A DNA stretch of 64,000 bases, taken from NCBI GenBank assembly GCA_964022095.1, contig CAXHZO010000008.1, positions 1-64,000 on the forward strand. The letters are read 5' to 3'. A program made the translations under genes and the position numbers. Shown piece by piece: positions 1-17,050 of this stretch. Positions within the stretch are counted from its first letter, which is position 1. Each line of letters opens with the position of its first letter. This DNA comes from an uncultured Arcobacteraceae bacterium (GTDB lineage: Bacteria > Campylobacterota > Campylobacteria > Campylobacterales > Arcobacteraceae). The notes under the pieces are model-generated. The model did no database searches, had not been told where the DNA came from, and saw nothing but the letters and a program-made list of their open reading frames with translations.

Positions 1-54
1 AGCAGCTGATTTGTAATCAGCAGGTCGGGGGTTCGACTCCCTTCATCAGCTCCA
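1..54 (+). tRNA. tRNA-Thr(TGT), 5' end cut by window edge
   Basis: Anticodon arm CTGAT-TTGTAA-TCAG, T-loop GGTTCGACTCC, encoded CCA end. Confidence 0.93.
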
Positions 55-119
55 TTTTTTTTATGTCGTGCGTAATCTTTAAAGATCAGCGCTTGACCAG
101 AACAATAATATTTTTCAAC

Positions 120-204
120 GGTGAGGTTGGAGAGTGGTCAAATCCTGCGGATTGTAAATCCGCCGCCTACGGCTTCGAAGGTTCGAATCCTTCTCTCACC
201 ACCA
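120..204 (+). tRNA. tRNA-Tyr(GTA)
   Basis: GGTGAGG acceptor stem, GCGGA-TTGTAAA-TCCGC anticodon arm, long variable arm, GGTTCGAATCC, CCA. Confidence 0.96.
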
Positions 205-214
205 CGCAAATGTT

Positions 215-291
215 GCGGGAGTAGCTCAGTTGGCTAGAGCTTCTGCCTTCCAAGCAGATTGTCGCGAGTTCGAGTCTCGTCTCCCGCTCCA
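215..291 (+). tRNA. tRNA-Gly(TCC)
   Basis: GCGGGAG/CTCCCGC acceptor stem, TCTGC-CTTCCAA-GCAGA anticodon arm, CCA. Confidence 0.96.
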
Positions 292-393
292 TTTATTTTA
301 TTGATTACTGGGAGCTGAGTTATAAGCACATTAAATTTTATAACTCTACAATATTAATTACTCCCATTAAAGTTTTTTTTAGTATTTTTTAAA

Positions 394-399
394 TATAAT
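394..399 (+). promoter_or_regulatory. Putative sigma70 -10 box for tuf
   Basis: TATAAT preceded by T-rich tracts, about 115 nt upstream of the tuf start. Confidence 0.5.
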
Positions 400-513
400 G
401 CGTGTCACAAAATTTTTTTGTGCAATTAATAACAACTCCCCTCTGAATAGAGAAGCCACTTTTGGGCTTATCTACTCAGAGGGCAATTAACCAAATTTTA
501 GAAGGGGAATTTT

Positions 514-1722
514 ATGGCAAAAGAAAAATTCGAAAGAAGTAAGCCACACGTTAACATTGGTACTATTGGTCACGTTGACCACGGTAAAACTACATTAACA
601 GCAGCAATCACTATGTGTTTAGGACTTAAAAACGGTCAAGCTACAATGGATTATGATCAAATTGATAATGCTCCAGAGGAAAGAGAAAGAGGAATTACTA
701 TTGCTACTTCTCACGTTGAGTATGAAACTGAAACTAGACACTACGCACACGTAGATTGTCCAGGTCACGCCGATTACGTTAAAAACATGATTACTGGTGC
801 AGCACAAATGGATGGAGCTATCTTAGTTATTGCTTCAACTGATGGACCAATGGCTCAAACTAGAGAGCATATCTTATTATCTAAGCAAGTAGGTGTACCT
901 TACATAGTTGTATTCTTAAATAAAGAAGATCAATTAGACGACGAAGATAAAGAAGAAATGTTAGAATTAGTTGAAATGGAAGTTAGAGAATTATTATCTG
1001 AGTATGATTTCCCAGGTGACGATACTCCAATCGTAGCTGGTTCTGCATTCCAAGCATTAGAAGAAGCAAAAGCTGGTCAATCAGGTGAATGGTCTGAAAA
1101 GATTTATAACTTAATGGCTGAAGTTGATGCTTATATTCCAACTCCAGAAAGATCTACTGAAAAAGATTACTTAATGCCTGTTGAAGATGTATTCTCAATT
1201 GCAGGTAGAGGTACAGTTGTAACTGGTGCTATTAACCAAGGTACTGTAAGATTAGGTGATACTATTGAAATCGTTGGATTAAAAGAAACACAAACTACTA
1301 CAGTTACTGGTATTGAAATGTTCAGAAAAGAAATGGATTTCGCTGAAGCTGGTGATAATGCAGGTATTCTTTTAAGAGGTATCAAAAAAGAAGAAGTACA
1401 AAGAGGACAAGTTCTTGTTAAGCCAGGATCAATTACTCCACATACTGAATTCAAAGGTGAGGTATATATCTTATCTAAAGAAGAGGGTGGTAGACATACT
1501 CCATTCTTCTCAGGATATAGACCACAATTTTATGTAAGAACAACAGACGTAACTGGTTCTTGTACTTTACCAGAAGGTACTGAAATGGTTATGCCAGGTG
1601 ATAACGTTGAAATGACAGTTTCATTAGTTGCTCCAATCGCTCTAGAAAAGGGAACAAAGTTCGCTATTAGAGAAGGTGGTAGAACTGTAGGTGCTGGAGT
1701 TGTTGCTGAAATCATCAAATAA
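514..1722 (+). CDS. tuf: Elongation factor Tu
   Basis: [16 protein letters not shown], NKxD motifs, C-terminal [10 protein letters not shown]. Confidence 0.99.
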   Translation: MAKEKFERSKPHVNIGTIGHVDHGKTTLTAAITMCLGLKNGQATMDYDQIDNAPEERERGITIATSHVEYETETRHYAHVDCPGHADYVKNMITGAAQMDGAILVIASTDGPMAQTREHILLSKQVGVPYIVVFLNKEDQLDDEDKEEMLELVEMEVRELLSEYDFPGDDTPIVAGSAFQALEEAKAGQSGEWSEKIYNLMAEVDAYIPTPERSTEKDYLMPVEDVFSIAGRGTVVTGAINQGTVRLGDTIEIVGLKETQTTTVTGIEMFRKEMDFAEAGDNAGILLRGIKKEEVQRGQVLVKPGSITPHTEFKGEVYILSKEEGGRHTPFFSGYRPQFYVRTTDVTGSCTLPEGTEMVMPGDNVEMTVSLVAPIALEKGTKFAIREGGRTVGAGVVAEIIK

Positions 1723-1730
1723 GGATTGAC

Positions 1731-1898
1731 ATGGCAGCTGTAAGAATAAAAATTGGATTAAAATGTGAAGAGAGTGGAGATATTAACTACACTACTTGGA
1801 AAAACCCAAAAACTCATACTGAGAAATTTGAGGTTAAAAAATATAGTCCAAGATTAAGAAAACACACAGTTCACAAAGAAGTGAAACTAAAATCATAA
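1731..1898 (+). CDS. rpmG: 50S ribosomal protein L33 (55 aa, not in the ORF track)
   Basis: Manual translation [63 protein letters not shown]; tuf-rpmG-trpT-secE order. Confidence 0.96.
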   Translation: MAAVRIKIGLKCEESGDINYTTWKNPKTHTEKFEVKKYSPRLRKHTVHKEVKLKS

Positions 1899-1921
1899 AA
1901 GTCGGGCGAAAGCCCACTTTT
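1897..1921 (+). terminator. GAAA-tetraloop hairpin after rpmG (terminator or processing site)
   Basis: AAAAGT-C-GGGC-GAAA-GCCC-ACTTTT. Confidence 0.5.
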
Positions 1922-1931
1922 ATAAACCTAT

Positions 1932-2007
1932 AGGTCAGTAGCTCTAATGGTAGAGCGCCGGATTCCAAATCCGATGGTTGGGGGTTCGAGTCCCTCCTGG
2001 CCTGCCA
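1932..2007 (+). tRNA. tRNA-Trp(CCA)
   Basis: AGGTCAG acceptor stem, CGGA-TTCCAAA-TCCG anticodon arm, GGTTCGAGTCC, CCA. Confidence 0.96.
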
Positions 2008-2088
2008 CTAAATTTTTTTAAAAGAAGTTAAGACTCCTTTTAAAAGAATTTACAGTTTTAAATATTGTAATTATTATTGGAGTCAATT

Positions 2089-2271
2089 GTGAGCAAATTA
2101 AGAAGTTATTATTCAAGTGTTAAATCAGAGTTGTTAAAAGTTATTTTCCCAATTAAAGAGCAGATTAGATCTGCATATTTATCTGTATTTATAGTTGTTA
2201 CTGTTATAACACTTTTTTTAGCATTAATTGACACTGTAATGTCTTTAACTCTATCTTCTGTAATAAACTAA
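2089..2271 (+). CDS. secE: Preprotein translocase subunit SecE (likely GTG start at 2089)
   Basis: ELxKVIFP motif plus one TM helix; GGAG RBS at 2079; upstream of nusG. Confidence 0.93.
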   Translation: MSKLRSYYSSVKSELLKVIFPIKEQIRSAYLSVFIVVTVITLFLALIDTVMSLTLSSVIN

Positions 2272-2281
2272 GGAACAATAA

Positions 2282-2809
2282 ATGGCACAAAAATGGTATG
2301 CAATACAAACTTATTCTGGTAGTGAGTTATCTGTAAAAAAAGCACTACTTCAATTATCTGAAGAGATGGCAGATGGTAGAATATCAGAAGTATTAGTTCC
2401 AACAGAAGATTTAATTGAAGTTAAAAAAGGTAAAAAGGTAATAATTGAAAGACCTTTATATCCTGCATATGCATTTGCTAAAATTGATTTAGATACTGCA
2501 TTATGGCACAGAATTCAATCTATGCCTAAAGTTGGTAGATTCATTGGTGAATCAAAGAAACCAACTGCATTATCAGATAAAGATATTAATATGATTTTAG
2601 AGAAAGTTCAAAATAGAGCTGCTGCTAAACCAAAAGTATCTTTTGATGAAGGTGAAATGGTAAGAATTAATGAAGGACCATTTGCAAACTTTAATGGTGT
2701 AGTTGAAGATTTCGATCTTACATCTGGACAATTAAAATTAAATGTTTCTATTTTTGGAAGAAACACACCTGTAGAAATATCTTATACTCAAGTTGAAAGA
2801 GTAGTTTAA
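2282..2809 (+). CDS. nusG: Transcription termination/antitermination factor NusG
   Basis: WYAIQTYSG NGN start, KOW motif GPFANFNG, SIFGRNTPV. Confidence 0.98.
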   Translation: MAQKWYAIQTYSGSELSVKKALLQLSEEMADGRISEVLVPTEDLIEVKKGKKVIIERPLYPAYAFAKIDLDTALWHRIQSMPKVGRFIGESKKPTALSDKDINMILEKVQNRAAAKPKVSFDEGEMVRINEGPFANFNGVVEDFDLTSGQLKLNVSIFGRNTPVEISYTQVERVV

Positions 2810-2904
2810 GTAGGACTTATAGGCATTAGGCAATAAAACTTCGCTTCCTAAGAGTTTTCTTGCCTAATGCCTATTAACATTAAATTTAATAAAAGGAAAT
2901 TAGC

Positions 2905-3330
2905 ATGGCTAAAAAAGTAGAAGGTTTATTAAAGCTTCAAATTCCTGCTGGCGCAGCGAATCCATCACCACCTGTTGGACCTGCACTTGGTCAAAGAGGA
3001 ATCAATATCATGGAATTCTGTAAAGCATTCAATGAGAAAACAAAAGACAAGGGTGGATTTACTATCCCTGTAGAAATTACTGTTTATAGTGACAAAAGTT
3101 TTACTTTCGTAACTAAGCAACCACCAATGACTGATTTAATTAAAAAAGTTTCAGGTGTTAAAAAAGGTAGTGATAATCCACTTAAAAACAAAATTGGAAA
3201 ATTAACAAAAGATCAAATCTTAGAAATTGTTGATTTAAAAATCGCTGATTTAAATACAGATGATAAAGAGCAAGCTTCTAAAATTGTTGCTGGTTCTGCA
3301 AGATCTATGGGAATTGAAGTAGAATTATAA
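2905..3330 (+). CDS. rplK: 50S ribosomal protein L11
   Basis: [22 protein letters not shown]. Confidence 0.99.
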   Translation: MAKKVEGLLKLQIPAGAANPSPPVGPALGQRGINIMEFCKAFNEKTKDKGGFTIPVEITVYSDKSFTFVTKQPPMTDLIKKVSGVKKGSDNPLKNKIGKLTKDQILEIVDLKIADLNTDDKEQASKIVAGSARSMGIEVEL

Positions 3331-3407
3331 GATTCTATTTCATTAAATAGTCTAACCACCAGACTTTAAAAGGCGGTAGCAAAAAATAAAATATTGCGGA
3401 GATAAAA

Positions 3408-4106
3408 ATGGCAAAAGTTTCAAAAAGATATAAAGAATTAGCTCAGAAAATTGAAGAAAAAAAATACGCTTTATCTGAAGCTGTTTCAAAAGTAAAAGAA
3501 TTAAAGTCTGCTAAATTTGACGAATCAGTTGAAGTAGCATTAAACTTAAATGTAGATCCAAGACATGCTGATCAAATGATCAGAGGTGCAGTTGTTCTTC
3601 CAAATGGTACTGGTAAAACTGTAAGAGTTGCAGTTTTTGCTAAAGGTGCAAAAATGGATGAAGCAAAAGAAGCTGGTGCAGATATTGTTGGAAACGATGA
3701 TTTAGCAGCAGATATTCAAGCAGGAAATATCAACTTTGACGTATTAATTGCAACTCCAGATTGTATGGGTGTTGTTGGTAAAGTTGGTAGAATCTTAGGA
3801 CCAAAAGGTTTAATGCCTAACCCTAAAACTGGAACAGTAACTATGGATGTATCAAAAGCAGTTAATGATGCTAAAGGTGGTCAAGTTACATATAGAGTTG
3901 ATAAAAAAGGTAACATGCAAGCAGCAGTTGGTAAAGTATCTTTTAGTGAAGATGCAATCAAAGAAAATATTGAAGCATTTATTGCAGCAATTAATAAAGC
4001 AAAACCAGCATCTGCTAAAGGTAGATACATTGGTAATGCAGCTGTTTCATTAACTATGTCACCATCTATTAAATTAGATAACTTAGAATTAATGGATATT
4101 AAATAA
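3408..4106 (+). CDS. rplA: 50S ribosomal protein L1
   Basis: [23 protein letters not shown]. Confidence 0.99.
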   Translation: MAKVSKRYKELAQKIEEKKYALSEAVSKVKELKSAKFDESVEVALNLNVDPRHADQMIRGAVVLPNGTGKTVRVAVFAKGAKMDEAKEAGADIVGNDDLAADIQAGNINFDVLIATPDCMGVVGKVGRILGPKGLMPNPKTGTVTMDVSKAVNDAKGGQVTYRVDKKGNMQAAVGKVSFSEDAIKENIEAFIAAINKAKPASAKGRYIGNAAVSLTMSPSIKLDNLELMDIK

Positions 4107-4186
4107 GGTTTGTTCCTTATTTAATATAAACATTCAAAAGTGTTGATATTAATCAATATTTTTGAGTGTTATTCAAAGCACTGAAA

Positions 4187-4252
4187 TAAAACTGAAGACA
4201 GCTGGTTAGAGACACCTCCGTTTCTAGTAAGTCCCGCCTAAGTCGATGTTTT
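4187..4252 (+). promoter_or_regulatory. L10 leader-like autoregulatory RNA
   Basis: GAAGACAGCTGG...CCCGCCTAAGTCGA resembles the L10 leader core; directly upstream of rplJ. Confidence 0.65.
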
Positions 4253-4265
4253 GAAGGGAGGAAAT

Positions 4266-4754
4266 ATGACTAAACAACAAAAATCAGAAATAGTTGAATT
4301 TTTAACTGGTGAATTTAAAGATTCTCAAGCAGTTGTAGTATGTGACTATAAAGGTCTTACTCATAAAGAGTTAGAATCTTTAAGAGTTGATGCAAAAGCT
4401 AACAATACTAAAGTTCAAGTTGCTAAGAACACTTTAGTAACTGTTGCTGTTAAAAATGCTGAACTAGGTGATATTGAATTAAATGGAACTAACATTTTCT
4501 TATGGTCTGAAGATCAAATCTCTGCTTGTAAAGTAGCAGATAAATTTGCATCAGCAAACAAAGATAAATTTTCTATTAAATCAGGTATCATTGAAGGTGA
4601 AATTTGTGACGTTGATAGAGTTAATGCATTTGCTAAATTACCATCTAGAGAAGAACTTCTTGGTATGCTTGCAGCTACTTGGATGGCTCCTGTTGCTAAC
4701 TTCACAATCGGGCTTGATGCTCTTAGAAGAAAAAAAGAAGAAGAGGCTGCTTAA
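4266..4754 (+). CDS. rplJ: 50S ribosomal protein L10 (likely ATG at 4266)
   Basis: DYKGLT, VAKNTL, LPSREELL; GGAGG RBS. Confidence 0.98.
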   Translation: MTKQQKSEIVEFLTGEFKDSQAVVVCDYKGLTHKELESLRVDAKANNTKVQVAKNTLVTVAVKNAELGDIELNGTNIFLWSEDQISACKVADKFASANKDKFSIKSGIIEGEICDVDRVNAFAKLPSREELLGMLAATWMAPVANFTIGLDALRRKKEEEAA

Positions 4755-4809
4755 TTATAAGCAATTTATAAATTAATATAAAAAATTAAAAAATTAGAAG
4801 GAATATGAA

Positions 4810-5184
4810 ATGGCAATTTCTAAAGAAGACGTATTAGAATACATCTCTGGATTATCTGTATTAGAATTATCAGAATTAGTAAAAGAATTTGAAGAAAAGT
4901 TTGGTGTATCTGCACAACCTGTAGCTGTAGCTGGTGCTGCTGCTGGTGGAGCTGCTGAAGCTGCTGAAGAACAAACTGAATTCAACGTTGTATTAAAAGA
5001 CGCTGGAGCTAAGAAAATTAATGTTATTAAAGTAATTAGAGCATTAACTGGGTTAGGATTAAAAGAAGCAAAAGCTATGGCTGAAGAAGCTGGTGCAGTA
5101 GTTAAAGAAGGAATCTCTAAAGATGACGCTGAAGCTGCAAAAGCTGAATTAGAAGGTGCTGGAGCAACTGTAGAATTAGCATAA
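4810..5184 (+). CDS. rplL: 50S ribosomal protein L7/L12
   Basis: EEKFGVSA, Ala-rich hinge, LGLKEAK. Confidence 0.99.
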   Translation: MAISKEDVLEYISGLSVLELSELVKEFEEKFGVSAQPVAVAGAAAGGAAEAAEEQTEFNVVLKDAGAKKINVIKVIRALTGLGLKEAKAMAEEAGAVVKEGISKDDAEAAKAELEGAGATVELA

Positions 5185-5335
5185 TTCTCCTTTCACACTT
5201 TATTATCGTACACGAAGCGACAAAAAGCTTCGTGTAAAGACTAGCATCTTTGAAGGTTAAGGTTAGAATTCATGGGAATTTTAACCCTATCCTTTATGGA
5301 TGCTTTTGTGCTTTATAGAAAAAAGCAAAATTTAA

Positions 5336-14024
<8,689 letters not shown>

Positions 14025-14028
14025 TAAT

Positions 14029-14050
14029 CAATAAGGTTTAGGCCTTATTG
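14029..14050 (+). terminator. Hairpin after rpoC
   Basis: CAATAAGG-TTTAGG-CCTTATTG inverted repeat; no U-tail. Confidence 0.45.
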
Positions 14051-14058
14051 GAATTTAA

Positions 14059-14445
14059 ATGGATTTACTTTTACTACTTATTATTTTTGTCATTTTAGAA
14101 TTTTTTGAATCAAATTGGCAAAAATCTGATACTCTACATGGCTTACTTTTAAACAATTTTTATTTATATCAAAAAAATATTTTTTTATATTTCACTTTTC
14201 ACATTAGTTTTTTCTATACAATTTTTTTATCTTTTTATTTAAATAATTTTGGATTTTGGATGAGTTCTATATTAATTATTAAATTTTTAGATATTAGTTT
14301 TAAATTATCTATGATGAAAAAATTATCGAATGGTCAAGAACTTATTAATGTTATGCCTATGAACATAAATATGACATCTATATTTAGATATATGAATGTT
14401 TTAATATATCCACTTTCTTTTGTTTTTGCTGTAAATATTTTTTAA
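14059..14445 (+). CDS. Hypothetical membrane protein
   Basis: 128 aa with several hydrophobic segments. Confidence 0.75.
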   Translation: MDLLLLLIIFVILEFFESNWQKSDTLHGLLLNNFYLYQKNIFLYFTFHISFFYTIFLSFYLNNFGFWMSSILIIKFLDISFKLSMMKKLSNGQELINVMPMNINMTSIFRYMNVLIYPLSFVFAVNIF

Positions 14446-14506
14446 TCTAATATTATCATTTAAATTTTTCTGTTAAAATACAAGAATCAATAATAAAAGG
14501 ATGATA

Positions 14507-14794
14507 ATGCAATATTTAGTTATAGCATATGATAATGAAAATGCTCTTGATAAAAGAATGGAAAACAGACCTGCACATGTTGAAGCAACACAAAAGTTAA
14601 TGGCTGAAGGTAAAATTGTAAGTGCTTGTGCTTTAATTGAAGATGATAAGATGGTTGGTTCATCAGTTGTTACAAATTTTGCTGATGATGTAGAATTTGA
14701 TGAGTGGCTAGCAAATGAGCCATATGTTGTTGGTGGTGTTTGGGATATGGAAGAAATACAAATTACTCCAGTAAAAGTTATGCCTAAGTCATAA
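14507..14794 (+). CDS. YciI family protein (likely ATG at 14507)
   Basis: RxxxRPAH motif, GS, EPYVxxGVW. Confidence 0.88.
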   Translation: MQYLVIAYDNENALDKRMENRPAHVEATQKLMAEGKIVSACALIEDDKMVGSSVVTNFADDVEFDEWLANEPYVVGGVWDMEEIQITPVKVMPKS

Positions 14795-14803
14795 ATTTAT
14801 TTA

Positions 14804-14828
14804 TATCTCTGAGTTTAACTCAGAGATA
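14804..14828. terminator. Hairpin between convergent genes, probable bidirectional terminator
   Basis: TATCTCTGAGTT-T-AACTCAGAGATA. Confidence 0.7.
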
Positions 14829-14831
14829 AGA

Positions 14832-15020
14832 TTATGCTACTTTTTTAAGAGTTTTTTTAGCTATTTTTTTAGCTTCTTTTACTTTTGTAGGAGCTTTTTT
14901 AGTAACTGCTTTTTTTACTAGTTTAACTGTTTCGTCTACTTTTTTCTTTTTGATATCAGCTTTTTTAACAGCTTTTGTTGCAACTTTTTTGATTACTTTT
15001 TTCTTTAATTCTTTTGCCAT
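14832..15020 (-). CDS. Small Lys/Ala/Val-rich histone H1-like protein
   Basis: 26 of 62 residues are Lys; AGGAG RBS 7 nt before ATG; consensus promoter upstream. Confidence 0.8.
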   Translation of the reverse strand: MAKELKKKVIKKVATKAVKKADIKKKKVDETVKLVKKAVTKKAPTKVKEAKKIAKKTLKKVA

Positions 15021-15054
15021 TTTATGACTCCTTAATTTTTTTTCTATATCTAAA

Positions 15055-15098
15055 ATATACTTTTTAGTTATATAATATGGTAATTATATACTTTTTAG
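15055..15098. repeat. 13-bp direct repeat ATATACTTTTTAG x2, candidate operator pair
   Basis: Exact copies at 15055-15067 and 15086-15098, 31 bp apart. Confidence 0.7.
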
Positions 15099-15111
15099 CA
15101 TATATTGTCAA
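15083..15111 (-). promoter_or_regulatory. Consensus sigma70 promoter TTGACA-N17-TATAAT for the H1-like gene
   Basis: Plus strand TGTCAA at 15106-15111 and ATTATA at 15083-15088, 17-bp spacer. Confidence 0.8.
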
Positions 15112-15192
15112 GGGAAAAAACAATAAATTAATAATTATAGTAATATTTTATAGATAATTGACTATAATATTAAATCTAAAAAAGGAAAGAAT

Positions 15193-15450
15193 ATGACTTT
15201 TATTGAATTTAAGAAATTACTACTTGATGCTGAAATTAGCTTACCAAAATTTGCAGAACTTATAAAAGTTAGTGAAAAGAATATACAAGCGTGTAAGAAA
15301 AAAGGTGAGGTTCCTAATTCAATAGCTGTAAATGCTAAATGTTTTGCATTATTACAAAATATGGAAGTTGATTACCAAAAAGAAATTAATGAATTAAATC
15401 TAATTAAAAAAAGTAAAAAATCTGGATTTGCCACAAAAAAAGAGAAATAA
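15193..15450 (+). CDS. Small XRE/Cro-like HTH protein with a basic tail
   Basis: SLPKFAELIKVSEKNIQACKKKGEVP fits an HTH pattern; AAGGA RBS; TATAAT at 15163-15168. Confidence 0.65.
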   Translation: MTFIEFKKLLLDAEISLPKFAELIKVSEKNIQACKKKGEVPNSIAVNAKCFALLQNMEVDYQKEINELNLIKKSKKSGFATKKEK

Positions 15451-15515
15451 CACAAGTATTTAATTTTAAATAATTTGTGTATAATAATTGAATATAGATA
15501 TAAAAAGGCCTAATT

Positions 15516-16331
15516 ATGGGAAATATAATATATCATTATTGTAATGTTGAAGCTTTTAGAGCAATTATTCAAAATAGAACTTTGTGGCTTAGTTCAGTTT
15601 ACAATCTTAATGACTACAAAGAGATACACTGGATAAAAGAGAAAGTTCTAAAAAAGATTAAAGAGAACACTACTAAAAATAGTTTTAATAAATACACTGC
15701 TTTTGAAAAACTTTATAATCAAAAACTTCCAAATGTATACATAGCATCATTTTCACAAGGCTGTGATTTACTTAGTCAATGGCGTGCATATGCAAATGAT
15801 GGGCATGGAGTAGCTATTGGATTTAATGTAGATTATTTCAAAGAAAATAGCTTAATAAATACTAGTGAAGTGCTATATGATGAAAATAAACAAGAAGAAT
15901 TAATAGATAAATTTCTAGAGCCAATAAACTTAATAGATGATGATATAAATACTGATGACAAGAAATTTTTAGATATTTGTGAAAATGTAATAAATGATAT
16001 AAACAATTTATCAGCAAAATCAAAAAATGAATTATTTAAAGAAGAGCAAGAAGTTAGATTAATACATTCACCAACTATTATTGATAACTCTAAAAATAGA
16101 CAGTTTATATTTAAAAACAATATTTCAGATATGAAGTTTCGTGCAATATGTGGAAATTTAATTCCATACTTTGAGTTAAAATTTGAAAAACCAATAGCAA
16201 ATATTTCTCCTATTATTGAAATTATAAGAGGACCAAAAAACAAATTTATAGACCAAGAGGTAAAAATGTTTTTAGCAACAAATGGCTTTTATGATGTAAA
16301 AATTAAAAAATCTAAATCTTCATATAGATAA
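15516..16331 (+). CDS. DUF2971 domain protein
   Basis: IYHYC, WLS..ND..E, YIASFS..LLSQWRAYA.DG.GVAIGF, EEQEVR. Confidence 0.85.
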   Translation: MGNIIYHYCNVEAFRAIIQNRTLWLSSVYNLNDYKEIHWIKEKVLKKIKENTTKNSFNKYTAFEKLYNQKLPNVYIASFSQGCDLLSQWRAYANDGHGVAIGFNVDYFKENSLINTSEVLYDENKQEELIDKFLEPINLIDDDINTDDKKFLDICENVINDINNLSAKSKNELFKEEQEVRLIHSPTIIDNSKNRQFIFKNNISDMKFRAICGNLIPYFELKFEKPIANISPIIEIIRGPKNKFIDQEVKMFLATNGFYDVKIKKSKSSYR

Positions 16332-16368
16332 ACTTAGATATACTTCTACAAAAATTTAAAGAAAAATA

Positions 16369-16560
16369 ATGAACCCAAAAAAAAGATTTGACATAAAAAT
16401 TGGACAGAAAGTAAATATAGTTTTAAAGCAAGACCAAAGAAGTGGAAACCTAACACAAGGTATTGTAAAAAATATATTAACAAATTCACCAACTCATCCT
16501 CATGGAATTAAAGTAAGACTACAAGATGGTCAAGTAGGAAGAGTACAAGAGATTTTATGA
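16369..16560 (+). CDS. YwbE/DUF2196 family protein
   Basis: IVLKQDQRSG.LT.G, HPHGIKVRL.DGQVGRVQ. Confidence 0.92.
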   Translation: MNPKKRFDIKIGQKVNIVLKQDQRSGNLTQGIVKNILTNSPTHPHGIKVRLQDGQVGRVQEIL

Positions 16561-17006
16561 AGCTATATATAGATGGAGATGCATTCCCTAATCTTTTAAA
16601 GCCAATTGTTTTAAAAGCAGTGGAAAAAAGAAAGATTGATACAATTGTTATTGCTAATAAAAAAATATCTATAGGTAAAAGTTCTCATATAAACTATATG
16701 ATAGTTGATCTAGGTGCAGATGAAGCAGATAATAAAATAGTTGAATTTGTACAAGACAAAGATTTAGTTATAACAGCTGATATTCCCCTTGCAAATAGAG
16801 TACTAGAAAAAAATGCACATGCAATTGACCATAGAGGCGAACTATACACAGAAGATAATATAAAAGAATATTTAGCCTATAGAAATTTAATGCAGGAACT
16901 AAGAGATGCAGGAGAAGTTACAAAAGGTCCAGCACCTTTTAACCAAAAAGACTCTCAAAAGTTTGCTAATCAATTTAATGCTTTTTTACAAAAATATTTC
17001 CAATAA
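16557..17006 (+). CDS. YaiI/YqxD (UPF0178) family protein
   Basis: YIDGDAFP, GADEAD, VITADIPLA; 4-nt overlap with the upstream gene. Confidence 0.92.
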   Translation: MKLYIDGDAFPNLLKPIVLKAVEKRKIDTIVIANKKISIGKSSHINYMIVDLGADEADNKIVEFVQDKDLVITADIPLANRVLEKNAHAIDHRGELYTEDNIKEYLAYRNLMQELRDAGEVTKGPAPFNQKDSQKFANQFNAFLQKYFQ

Positions 17007-17050
17007 ATCACCAAATTACAAAACTAAAGAACAATTAAGTTTCTTTTCAG

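Noticed and set aside
14025-17050. Prophage or mobile element in the rpoC-rpsL islet
   Set aside because: No integrase, transposase, att-like repeats or phage structural genes seen
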